Below are positions 9,647 to 18,411 of a DNA stretch of 32,000 nucleotides, one piece after another. Under the pieces are notes generated by a model, which was given only the letters and a program-made list of their open reading frames with translations, was not told the DNA's origin and searched no databases. The stretch spans positions 15,845-47,844 of the forward strand of contig CALGBY010000022.1 of assembly GCA_937886445.1 (NCBI GenBank). The letters are read 5' to 3'. This DNA comes from an uncultured Clostridia bacterium (GTDB lineage: Bacteria > Bacillota > Clostridia > Christensenellales > Aristaeellaceae). Both the position numbers and the translations under genes were made by a program. Every line of letters begins with the position of its first letter. The first letter of the stretch is position 1.

Positions 9647-10741
9647 ATGAATGAGAAAAATAGACCGAGAACAAGACAATCAAATTTGGAACTTTTACGA
9701 ATTATCGCCATGTGTATGGTTGTTGTAATGCATGCTCTCGGACACGGAGAGGCATTAGGAAAAACAAGTTTTGGAAGTATACAGTATATTTTACTATGGA
9801 TGATAAGTACACTTTGCCAAGTGGCAGTTCCTTGTTTTGTCTTGATAAGCGGATACTTTCTATGCAAGTCCGATTTCAAGCCTTCGAGGATAGTACGACT
9901 AGTAATACAAGTACTTTTTTATACCATAATTTTATTATTAGTAAGGATATTGTTTATTGATAAATCGGTTTCTACTACAGATATTCTCCATGCATTTTTT
10001 CCAATAACAAGTGGAGAATACTGGTTTATAACACAATATTGTCTTTTGTTATTAATATCACCGCTGCTGAATCGTATAATAAACACCATTTCGAAAAAGG
10101 AATATAAATTTTTGTTAATCGGATTAACTGTCACGTTTAGCATTATCCCAACTTTCCTATTTTGGGCAAAAGACAATTTTAGCGATGGTTATAATCTTCC
10201 ATGGTTTACTTTATTATATTTTCTGGCGGGGTATATAAGACTTTATGGTACAAAAATTCGTCATGGGATGAGTATATACTTCCTGTCTTCGGTTATATGT
10301 GTTGGCAGCCGACTTGTGATTGGATCAATCGCATATAGAATTACTGGATCATATACAGGAGCAGGATTGTTATATAATGGAAATTCGATACTCATATTGA
10401 TTTCTTCTATCTCACTATTTTCTGTTTTCTTGAAATTAAATATTCATCGAGAAAGAATTGCAGCTATGATTAATACCATAGGCTCTTGTGTAATTGGTGT
10501 GTATCTTCTTCACAATAATACAGCGATAAGAACGGAACTATGGAAATTGATAGATCCTGCTAAATATATTGATGGTAGTATTGTTGTGGAAATTCTGTGG
10601 GTTCTATTAGGATCACTAGTCATTTTTTGTGTAGGTGTATTTGTTGAGTGGCTGCGAAGTTTATTGATGAAAGTTCTAAAAGAACAACGTATGATGGAGA
10701 AGATAGATGAGAAAGGCGCAGTGTACTATGGAAAACATTGA
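9647..10741 (+). CDS. Acyltransferase family 3 membrane O-acyltransferase (second copy)
   Basis: 364 aa and polytopic. N-terminal SNLELLRIIAMCMVVVMH is the canonical acyltransferase_3 signature. Confidence 0.8.
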   Translation: MNEKNRPRTRQSNLELLRIIAMCMVVVMHALGHGEALGKTSFGSIQYILLWMISTLCQVAVPCFVLISGYFLCKSDFKPSRIVRLVIQVLFYTIILLLVRILFIDKSVSTTDILHAFFPITSGEYWFITQYCLLLLISPLLNRIINTISKKEYKFLLIGLTVTFSIIPTFLFWAKDNFSDGYNLPWFTLLYFLAGYIRLYGTKIRHGMSIYFLSSVICVGSRLVIGSIAYRITGSYTGAGLLYNGNSILILISSISLFSVFLKLNIHRERIAAMINTIGSCVIGVYLLHNNTAIRTELWKLIDPAKYIDGSIVVEILWVLLGSLVIFCVGVFVEWLRSLLMKVLKEQRMMEKIDEKGAVYYGKH

Positions 10742-11084
10742 TGTAGCAAACTTAATCACCATTTCCCATAATATCCATTTCCCAATCGAAACTATAAGAT
10801 GCAGGAAAATGGACAAGATATGTATCATGTATCAGACGGTATTCAATTGTTTGAAATGCAGTAAATAGAACGGGTCACTCAAAAAAATTTCTTGTTCATA
10901 TAGATGAGTTTATTTAATATTCATGGGTTGAATGGGTTGAGATGATTTGCCGTATTATGTACATAAATTTTCAGACAGTCTTCCCTGAGTTCCCAAGGCA
11001 TGCTTCTGAGGGTTTTATAGAGCCGTTTGGGTATGCAATCGAGCTGAAGATAATGCCTTCTTACTATTCTGTAAATTGAGTATT

Positions 11085-11112
11085 TTGATAATGTTCAGCG
11101 TTTTCTTAGAAT
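11085..11112 (+). promoter_or_regulatory. Putative sigmaA-type promoter for wzx and downstream genes
   Basis: TTGATA (11085-11090), a 16-nt spacer, then TAGAAT (11107-11112), at the 3' end of a 381-bp non-coding gap. It lies only ~10 nt before ATG 11123, so it would favour the GTG 11150 start. Confidence 0.3.
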
Positions 11113-11122
11113 AATTCGTCAA

Positions 11123-12577
11123 ATGCGTCAGAGGTGTAGAGTGGACAAGCGACTAGGAAAAAATATAATTCTCAATGTTGGGTATAACATTTTGTCTATA
11201 ATTGTCCCATTTATAACTGCTCCCTATTTGGGAAGAGTTTTGGGAACTGAGAATATTGGTGAATATACATATGTGTATTCTGTGGCCTCGTATTTTGTAA
11301 TGTTTGGCCTGTTAGGAATTAGTAATTATGGAACTAGGGAGATTGCTAGAGTTAGGGATAATCGAGTAAAACGCAGCAAAACTTTCTGGGAAGTATATTG
11401 TATGCAACTAATGACGGGCGTCATCGCATTACTTTGCTATTTTGTGTATGAAAGCATGATAAAGCATAACAATGGAATTGGTTGTTATATCATGGCGTTC
11501 TATGTTGCAACATCTGTGTTAGATTGTACCTGGTACTGTTCCGGCGTAGAAAAGTTTAAGAATATAGTTGGCAGAAACGTAATTATTAAGCTAAGTAACC
11601 TTGTGTGTGTTTTCGCCTTCATTCACCAGCCAGATGATTTGAATATTTATTTTTTCGTCATGGCTTTAAGTTATTTCTTTAGCGCACTTATCCTTTGGCC
11701 CACTATTTTGAAGGAAGTTGATCATTATAAACCGGATTGGAAATCGATAATAAGGCATTTTAAGCCCAATGTATATTTGTTTATTCCTGCAATTGCAGCA
11801 AGCATCTATCAAATAATGGATAAAGTTATGATCGGTGCAATTGCAAACAAGTCTCAATTAGCATACTATGAGTATGCGGATAAGATTCTTAATATACCCA
11901 ATATTGTGTTTGGTGCTATTGGTGCTGTAATGCTTTCAAGAATGACAAATGTATTGGAACATGGTCAGTCTGAATATAAGAGTTTGATTAGCTACTCAGT
12001 GGACTTATCAATGATTATTTCTGTTGGATTTACTTTCGGAGTATTCGCAATTAGTGATGAGTTGGTGGCTGTGTACTACGGCGCAGATTATATTGAATCG
12101 GGTTCGATACTAAAGGTTCTATGTCCAACAGTAATTTTCTATGGGTGGAACAATGTAATACGTATGCAATATATAATTCCGAACAACCTTAATTCAGTAT
12201 ATATTACATCAACTATTGCTGGAGCAATTGTCAATCTATTATTGAACTGGTTTTTCATCCCTCGATATTCTGCTCTTGGAGCAACAATCGGAACGATAGC
12301 TGCACAGGTTACCATTTTGTTGATTTATACGATGAAAATAAAAAAGTCGCTTCCATTTACAGAATATCTTCGGAAAAATGTGTTTTTGTTTGTTAATGGA
12401 TTAATAATGTGCACCGTTGTCATTCTGCTTCAACAGACACATCCTGCAACAGTAAAAGGATTAATTCTCGACGTTGTTGTTGGAATAGGGGTTTATTTTG
12501 CTTTATGTTTTACATACGGATTAACAAACAGGCAACATTTGATAAACCAAATTGTCAGATATCTAATTAGGAGGTAG
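11123..12577 (+). CDS. wzx: Wzx-type polysaccharide flippase (MOP superfamily)
   Basis: 484 aa with about 12-14 TM helices and N-terminal KNIILNVGYNILSIIVPFITAPYLGRVLGTENIG, typical of polysaccharide biosynthesis/Wzx proteins. The true start may be GTG at 11150. Confidence 0.85.
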   Translation: MRQRCRVDKRLGKNIILNVGYNILSIIVPFITAPYLGRVLGTENIGEYTYVYSVASYFVMFGLLGISNYGTREIARVRDNRVKRSKTFWEVYCMQLMTGVIALLCYFVYESMIKHNNGIGCYIMAFYVATSVLDCTWYCSGVEKFKNIVGRNVIIKLSNLVCVFAFIHQPDDLNIYFFVMALSYFFSALILWPTILKEVDHYKPDWKSIIRHFKPNVYLFIPAIAASIYQIMDKVMIGAIANKSQLAYYEYADKILNIPNIVFGAIGAVMLSRMTNVLEHGQSEYKSLISYSVDLSMIISVGFTFGVFAISDELVAVYYGADYIESGSILKVLCPTVIFYGWNNVIRMQYIIPNNLNSVYITSTIAGAIVNLLLNWFFIPRYSALGATIGTIAAQVTILLIYTMKIKKSLPFTEYLRKNVFLFVNGLIMCTVVILLQQTHPATVKGLILDVVVGIGVYFALCFTYGLTNRQHLINQIVRYLIRR

Positions 12578-12581
12578 TACG

Positions 12582-13406
12582 ATGAATTGTGCATTTCTGC
12601 TTTCCACCTGTGATTCATACGAGGATACGTGGGACCCCTTTTTCAGATTGGTTAGCAAATATTGGATATCTATTCCAATGAAGGTATATATCAATACTGA
12701 AACAAAGCAGTATGTTCCCACGGTGAAACTTCCTTTTGAGGTAATATCCTGCAATACTTCTTCTTCAATTCAATGGAGTAATCGTCTATTGCATGTTCTC
12801 GATATGATTCAGGAAGAGTATATATTCATGGTGCTTGACGATTTTTTTCTTCGAAGCCCTGTCAAAGATGAGTATTTTGACCAGTTATTAAGGATGATGG
12901 ATAATGATCAAAGTATTGCAAGCATTCAACTAAAAGCAGCTCGGTTAATACAAGAAGGGAAAAAAGAAGTAGTTAATAACTCGGAACTCGAAATATCTGA
13001 AATTGATAAAAATGGATGGAAGACTCATTTTGTTCCGACAATATGGAGAAAGTCTATATTGAAAAAGTGGCTTCGGAAGCATGAATCAATTTGGGGATTT
13101 GAACTATATGGCTCACAACGAGCACGTTTCTGGAATTATAAAGAAAAGGTACTTGCAGTTGATTCGCCAGTCATTTTTGATTATCTGTGGGTGGACGGAT
13201 GCTCGGTTATTGTTAATGGAAAATGGCTCGTAGCACCTGAGGTTGACACTTTTTTCCCCAATAACGGAATTGATATTGATCTAAGTTTACGCGGAAGAAT
13301 TACTCTTGAGGAGTACAGAAGTAGAACATTAAAAGATACAATCAAGAAGTTATCATTTGGAGAATTTGTTAAGAAATCAATTAATAGGGTGCGTTCAATA
13401 TTTTAA
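12582..13406 (+). CDS. Uncharacterised soluble protein, possible GT-A-like transferase
   Basis: AGGAGG RBS. 274 aa with no TM helix and a VLDDFF segment resembling a DXD motif. I cannot place the family from memory. Confidence 0.55.
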   Translation: MNCAFLLSTCDSYEDTWDPFFRLVSKYWISIPMKVYINTETKQYVPTVKLPFEVISCNTSSSIQWSNRLLHVLDMIQEEYIFMVLDDFFLRSPVKDEYFDQLLRMMDNDQSIASIQLKAARLIQEGKKEVVNNSELEISEIDKNGWKTHFVPTIWRKSILKKWLRKHESIWGFELYGSQRARFWNYKEKVLAVDSPVIFDYLWVDGCSVIVNGKWLVAPEVDTFFPNNGIDIDLSLRGRITLEEYRSRTLKDTIKKLSFGEFVKKSINRVRSIF

Positions 13407-13561
13407 AGTGTTAGGAGAGAATCGGAGATATGGAAAGTTATGAGATGGTACAGACTAGCTATATAGGAATCATAAAGTAGACTTGTGTGCGAACATGTAC
13501 ATTGCTGTCGCTGATGGATTATTGGGTCGAATATATTTTGGCTGGAAAATGGAGAATCAAA

Positions 13562-14008
13562 ATGAAAATCGTAGTTGCAGGTACCGGATATGTAGGACTA
13601 TCACTGGCGGTTCTTCTATCCCAACATAATGAGGTCATCGCAGTAGACATTGTTCCAGAAAAGGTTGATAAGATTAACAAGTAGCAAAGTCCAAACTCTT
13701 TGTGGAACGTTGAGAACGAGTGCTCGATTACCGTCGGTGTTTATCGCTTAACTATGAAGGCCAACTCCGATAACTTCCGTCAGAGCAGCATACAAGGCGT
13801 AATGAAGCGCATAAAGGCCAAAGGGGCAACTGTCATAATCTATGAGCCCACGCTTCCAACTGGCTCCACCTTCTTCGAATCTCTTGTCGTGAACAACATT
13901 GAGAGGTTCAAGAAGAGTTGTGATACGATTATTGTGAATCGGTATGATACCGTTCTCGATAATGTAGAAACCAAAGTTTATACAAGAGACCTGTTTAGGA
14001 GAGACTAA
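13562..14008 (+). pseudogene. ugd: UDP-glucose 6-dehydrogenase relic (internal in-frame deletion plus nonsense codon)
   Basis: The N-terminus [40 protein letters not shown] (GxGxxG Rossmann) ends at TAG 13682-13684. The same frame then continues ...QSP... directly into the extreme C-terminal domain ([30 protein letters not shown]...VYTRDLF). That leaves about 149 codons against about 390 for intact Ugd. Confidence 0.8.
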
Positions 14009-14034
14009 TTTTCATTTATGGAGGTAACAAACCA

Positions 14035-15081
14035 ATGAGCGCATTTAGCGGGGCAACATTAATGATTACTGGTGGTACCGGTTCCTTTGGTAATACTGTA
14101 CTCAAACACTTTCTGGATACAGATATTGGCCAGATTCGAATCTTCTCACGTGACGAGAAGAAGCAAGATGACATGCGTCATCTGCTTCAGGCTACGCATC
14201 CGGATACCGCGAAGAAGGTCAAGTTCTTTGTCGGCGATGTCCGTGATCCACGCTCTATTTCTGATGCAATGCCGGGGGTTGACTACATTTTCCATGCTGC
14301 TGCACTAAAGCAGGTCCCGTCGTGTGAATTCTTCCCGATGCAGGCAGTAAAAACCAACGTTGAGGGCACGGACAACATGCTGCATGCTGCCATTGAGAAC
14401 AAGGTAAAGCGCGTTGTGTGCTTGTCTACCGATAAAGCTGCGTATCCGATCAATGCGATGGGTATTTCCAAGGCCATGATGGAGCACGTTATCTATGCCA
14501 ATGCCCGTGTGGCTGCTGAGCGCGGTGATACCACTATCTGCTGTACCCGCTATGGCAACGTGATGTGCAGCCGTGGTAGCGTTATCCCGCTGTTCATTGA
14601 TCAGATCCACGCTGGTAACCCGATTACCATTACAAATCCCAATATGACTCGCTTCTTGATGAACCTGGATGAGGCTGTAGATTTGGTCAAGTTTGCATTC
14701 GAGCATGCGAATCCGGGTGACCTGTTCATTCAGAAGGCAGATGCGAGCACAATCGGTGATTTGGCGAAAGCTGTGCAGCAACTCTTTGGTGATACCGGCA
14801 CCAATATTATTGGCACACGTCATGGTGAGAAACTCTACGAGACCTTGATGACCAAGGAAGAGAGACTTCGTTCTGAGGATATGGGCGGTTACTATCGCGT
14901 GGCAGCTGACAGCCGCGACCTGAACTATGATAAGTTTGTGGTCAGAGGTGAAGTTCATACCGAGTCTGATGAGGCGTACACTTCACATAATACCGAGCGC
15001 CTAGATGTCGAGGAAACTGTGAAGAAAATTCTTACAACCGAGTATGTGCAGGAAGAACTGAAGGGTATTCGGCATAATTAA
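14035..15081 (+). CDS. fnlA: UDP-N-acetylglucosamine 4,6-dehydratase/5-epimerase (FnlA/CapE/WbjB type)
   Basis: GGAGGT RBS. Motifs ITGGTGSFGN, IRIFSRDEKKQDDMR and AALKQVPSCEFFPMQAVKTNV. 348 aa. It is co-located with CapF- and CapG-type genes. Confidence 0.85.
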   Translation: MSAFSGATLMITGGTGSFGNTVLKHFLDTDIGQIRIFSRDEKKQDDMRHLLQATHPDTAKKVKFFVGDVRDPRSISDAMPGVDYIFHAAALKQVPSCEFFPMQAVKTNVEGTDNMLHAAIENKVKRVVCLSTDKAAYPINAMGISKAMMEHVIYANARVAAERGDTTICCTRYGNVMCSRGSVIPLFIDQIHAGNPITITNPNMTRFLMNLDEAVDLVKFAFEHANPGDLFIQKADASTIGDLAKAVQQLFGDTGTNIIGTRHGEKLYETLMTKEERLRSEDMGGYYRVAADSRDLNYDKFVVRGEVHTESDEAYTSHNTERLDVEETVKKILTTEYVQEELKGIRHN

Positions 15082-15300
15082 GCCCTTTCTGATCTGCCTA
15101 GTAAGCTTTCTTGCTTTGGCTACGAATGCTAAATTTACGCGCAAAAACAAACGTGGATCATTTGTTCTTAAATGGAATCCTCAGAAAGTGAAGTGCAGAA
15201 TGTTTACTTCGATAGCATTACTATTGGTGGGCACGGGGATCAATGGGCGTATTTGTTACATGATAGCGATCAAGAAAGACGAACCGCAGAAATGATATAG

Positions 15301-15425
15301 GGATTGTACCCGCAGGGCTTAACCCTGGTACGTCCACCACAAGCCCGGAGAAATCCGGGTATTGCCGCACTGAACCTAACAACCTCCACGTGGTGTGCGG
15401 TGGGCAGGATGTGATAATTATCCTG
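15301..15425. other. Cluster of four adjacent stem-loops (candidate structured RNA or mobile-element remnant)
   Basis: Hairpin A, 15301-15335: GGAT/GTAC/CAGGG arms. Hairpin B, 15344-15359: CCCGGA-GAAA-TCCGGG, a GNRA tetraloop on the + strand. Hairpin C, 15365-15400: CCGCAC...GTGCGG enclosing the palindrome CCACGTGG. Hairpin D, 15405-15425: CAGGAT-9nt-ATCCTG. There is no convincing ORF. The element lies inside a ~400-bp insert between fnlA and the fnlB relic. Confidence 0.3.
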
Positions 15426-15483
15426 GCTAATCGTTAGTGGTTTGAAAATGTACATTTATTGCTAAAGTCAGTAGAATGTACAT

Positions 15484-15725
15484 ATGAATATATTGGTAGC
15501 TAGTGCGAAGGGAATGATTGGAACTGCCTTGGTAAACAACCTAAAAAATGTTTGTGAAAACAAAAAATACTAGTCTGAATATCCAGATCAATGAGATTTA
15601 CGAGTATGATATCAATAACACAATTTGAACTAGGTTTTATTGCCCCATGGCTTATTTCATTTTCAATCTCAATGGCGAGAATCAACCAAGGAGAATAAAA
15701 GACTGGCAGCTATGCCTTTGCAGTG
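15484..15725 (+). pseudogene. fnlB: Decayed 5' fragment of a second fnlB/capF allele
   Basis: MNILVASAKGMIGTALVNNLKN matches 19 of 22 residues of the intact FnlB N-terminus (MNILVTGAKGMCGTALVNNLKN). TAG falls at codon 30 (15571-15573). EIYEYDINNT (10/10 identical) follows in a +1-shifted frame from 15593, then AYFIFNLNGENQP (compare ADFVFNLAGVNRP) and GSYAFA (compare GNFGFA) in further shifted frames. Confidence 0.75.
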
Positions 15726-15823
15726 TCGAATAGAGCATCTGCCACGCTACGTGGATGCCGAAGCAGGAACAGCATCAATAACAGAGAATATCAGTAAAGA
15801 TATATGAACGGAGGTAAAGCAAA

Positions 15824-17005
15824 ATGTCTTTTACATGGAAGAATAACGGAGCAATCAAGTGCATGATCGTGTGCGGAACGCGCCCGGAAATCATACGGCT
15901 GGCTGCGGTGATCAAGCGCTGCCGGGAGTATTTTGATACCTGCGTGGTTTATACAAACCAGAACTGGGATAAGAACCTTTCTACCGTGTTCTGGCAGGAT
16001 TTTGAGCTGCGCAATGAGACGGGTGAGTTTGGCCCTGATATTCTGCTGCATGTGGTGGGCAAGCATCTGGGCGAGACCTGTGGCAACATTCTTGCGCAGA
16101 CCTATGAGCTGATGGCGGATCTGATGCCGGATGCCGTGTTGGTGTTGGGCGATACCAACAGCTGCCTGAGCGCCATATCAGCCAAGCGCCTGCATATCCC
16201 CATCTTCCATATGGAAGCCGGTAACCGTTGCAAGGATGAGTGCCTACCGGAAGAGACTAACCGCCGCATTGTAGACGTGATATCCGATGTGAACCTGTGC
16301 TACTCCGAGTTTGCCCGCAAGTATCTGGCGGATACGGGGCTGCCTAAGGAGCGTACCTACCAGACCGGTTCTCCTATGGCGGAAGTGCTGCGGATGAATC
16401 TGGAAAAGATAGAGGCTTCTGATGTACTGGAACGCATGGGACTGGAGCCTAATAAGTATATCCTGCTTTCCGCTCACCGCGAAGAGAACATCGATACAGA
16501 GAAGAACTTTACTTCTCTGTTTACCGCCATCAATGCGCTGGCTGAAAAGTATGATATGCCCATCCTGTACTCCTGCCATCCGCGTTCCAGAAACCGTTTG
16601 GAAAAGAGCGGCTTCAAGCTGGATCCCCGTGTGCGCGTGAATGAGCCGCTGGGCTTTAATGATTACAACAAGCTGCAGATGAACGCCTTGGCTATTGTTT
16701 CCGATTCCGGCACACTGCCCGAAGAAAGCAGCTTCTATCTCTCCATCGGTCATCCCATTGCCGCTGTATGCATCCGCACCTCCACCGAGCGGCCGGAAGC
16801 GCTGGAGGCCGGTGACTTCGTTCTGGCCGGTATCGGCACAGAGGAATTGCTGCAGGCAACTGATATGGCAATCGATATGAAGCAGAAAGGTATTCTTGGC
16901 AAGCCCTGCCCGGATTATACCGATGAAAACGTATCCATGAAGGTGGTACGTATCATTCAGGGCTATGTGAACGTGGTAAACAAAATGGTGTGGAGGAAGT
17001 ATTGA
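15824..17005 (+). CDS. fnlC: UDP-2-acetamido-2,6-dideoxy-L-talose 2-epimerase (FnlC/CapG, non-hydrolysing UDP-GlcNAc 2-epimerase family)
   Basis: GGAGGT RBS. Motifs CGTRPEIIRLAAVIK and HMEAGNRC....PEE.NR, with the typical 2-epimerase length (393 aa). It is adjacent to fnlA and fnlB. Confidence 0.85.
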   Translation: MSFTWKNNGAIKCMIVCGTRPEIIRLAAVIKRCREYFDTCVVYTNQNWDKNLSTVFWQDFELRNETGEFGPDILLHVVGKHLGETCGNILAQTYELMADLMPDAVLVLGDTNSCLSAISAKRLHIPIFHMEAGNRCKDECLPEETNRRIVDVISDVNLCYSEFARKYLADTGLPKERTYQTGSPMAEVLRMNLEKIEASDVLERMGLEPNKYILLSAHREENIDTEKNFTSLFTAINALAEKYDMPILYSCHPRSRNRLEKSGFKLDPRVRVNEPLGFNDYNKLQMNALAIVSDSGTLPEESSFYLSIGHPIAAVCIRTSTERPEALEAGDFVLAGIGTEELLQATDMAIDMKQKGILGKPCPDYTDENVSMKVVRIIQGYVNVVNKMVWRKY

Positions 17006-18198
17006 TGAATATTCTGGTAACCGGCGCGAAGGGCATGTGCGGAACTGCTCTGGTAAACAACCTGAAGAATATCCGTGATAACAAGAACCGCACCCGCCCG
17101 GGCATAAAGATAGATGAGATCTATGAGTATGATATCAATAATACGCCGGAGCAGCTGGACGCGTTTTGCAGCAAGGCGGATTTTGTGTTCAATCTGGCTG
17201 GCGTGAACCGCCCCACTGATCCTGAGGACTTTAAAAAAGGCAACTTCGGCTTTGCCTCCACGCTGCTTGATACCCTCAAAAAGCACGGCAGCAAGGCTCC
17301 GGTGATGCTGTCTTCATCCATTCAGGCTACGCTGATCGGCCGCTATGACAGCGATTACGGCAGAAGCAAGCTGGCCGGTGAGGAACTGTTTTTTGACTAT
17401 GCCAGAGAAACAGGTGTGAAGGTGGCGGTCTACCGCTTTCCCAACCTGATGGGCCATAGCCGCCCGAAATACAATTCTGCCGTATCCACCTTCTGCTGGG
17501 CTGTGGCAAATAATGAACCCTTTACCGTGAATGACCGGAATGCCATGGTGGAGCTGCTGTACATTGATGATCTGGTGGAGGGCATGTTTGATCTGCTGGA
17601 GGGCAGGGAACAGCACTGCGAGTATGATGGCCTGCAGCCTGTAATGAAGAGCGATGGCCACTACTGTATTGTGCCGGTTACGCATAAGGTAAGCCTGGGC
17701 GAGATCGTGGACCTGCTGGAGCAGTTCAAGCAGCAGCCGGTATCCCTCATGATGCCCCCAATGCCCGAAGGTAGCTTTGCCAAAAAGCTGTTCTCCCTGT
17801 ACCTTTCCTACCTGCCCGCGGAAGCGATCAAGTACACCATGAAGATGAATTGCGATGCCCGCGGAAGCTTTACCGAGCTGGTACATACCAAGGACTGCGG
17901 ACAGGTATCCATCAACATCAGCAAACCGGGCATCACTAAAGGCCAGCATTGGCATAACAGCAAGTGGGAGCAGTTCATTGTGGTGCATGGCCACGGCTTG
18001 ATACAGGAACGCAACATCAACACCAATGAAACGGTGGAGTTTGAGGTGTCCGGTGACAAGATAGAAGCCATTTACATGATCCCCGGCTGGACGCACAATA
18101 TCATCAACCTGAGCGATACAGAGGATCTGGTAACGGTGATGACCTGCAACGAGATTTTTGATCCCGCTCATCCCGATACCTTTGGGGAGCCGGTATGA
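17005..18198 (+). CDS. fnlB: Bifunctional SDR reductase/cupin protein (FnlB/CapF type)
   Basis: ATG 17005 overlaps the fnlC TGA by 1 nt, with GGAGGAAG RBS at 16992-16999. N-terminal SDR domain (ILVTGAKGMCG) and C-terminal cupin (DARGSFTEL...GITKGQHWHNSKWEQFIVVHG). The ORF-track start at 16990 (GTG) is less likely. Confidence 0.85.
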   Translation: MNILVTGAKGMCGTALVNNLKNIRDNKNRTRPGIKIDEIYEYDINNTPEQLDAFCSKADFVFNLAGVNRPTDPEDFKKGNFGFASTLLDTLKKHGSKAPVMLSSSIQATLIGRYDSDYGRSKLAGEELFFDYARETGVKVAVYRFPNLMGHSRPKYNSAVSTFCWAVANNEPFTVNDRNAMVELLYIDDLVEGMFDLLEGREQHCEYDGLQPVMKSDGHYCIVPVTHKVSLGEIVDLLEQFKQQPVSLMMPPMPEGSFAKKLFSLYLSYLPAEAIKYTMKMNCDARGSFTELVHTKDCGQVSINISKPGITKGQHWHNSKWEQFIVVHGHGLIQERNINTNETVEFEVSGDKIEAIYMIPGWTHNIINLSDTEDLVTVMTCNEIFDPAHPDTFGEPV

Positions 18199-18411
18199 TG
18201 AGCGCAAAACAGTGATCAATGTTCCGGAAAGCGTTTGTGGGGTTGCGGCATCCGTTCAGTAAAGCGCGCGGTGACGGAACTAAAGCATCTGCAGCGGCGC
18301 GAGGCAGAGAAACATGAGAAAACCGATCTCGCGATGCAGTATATAAGGAAAGACGTACATATATCAGGATTAGTGTGATTTCAACCAACAACAGAAAGTG
18401 AGGCGCAGTCA

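Noticed and set aside
15301-15335. Possible group II intron domain V on the minus strand (35-nt hairpin with a 3'-side bulge)
   Set aside because: The loop is UUAAG rather than GNRA. The catalytic-triad position reads GAC rather than AGC/CGC. The bulge is 3 nt. No 5' GUGYG, domain VI or RT/maturase ORF is present.
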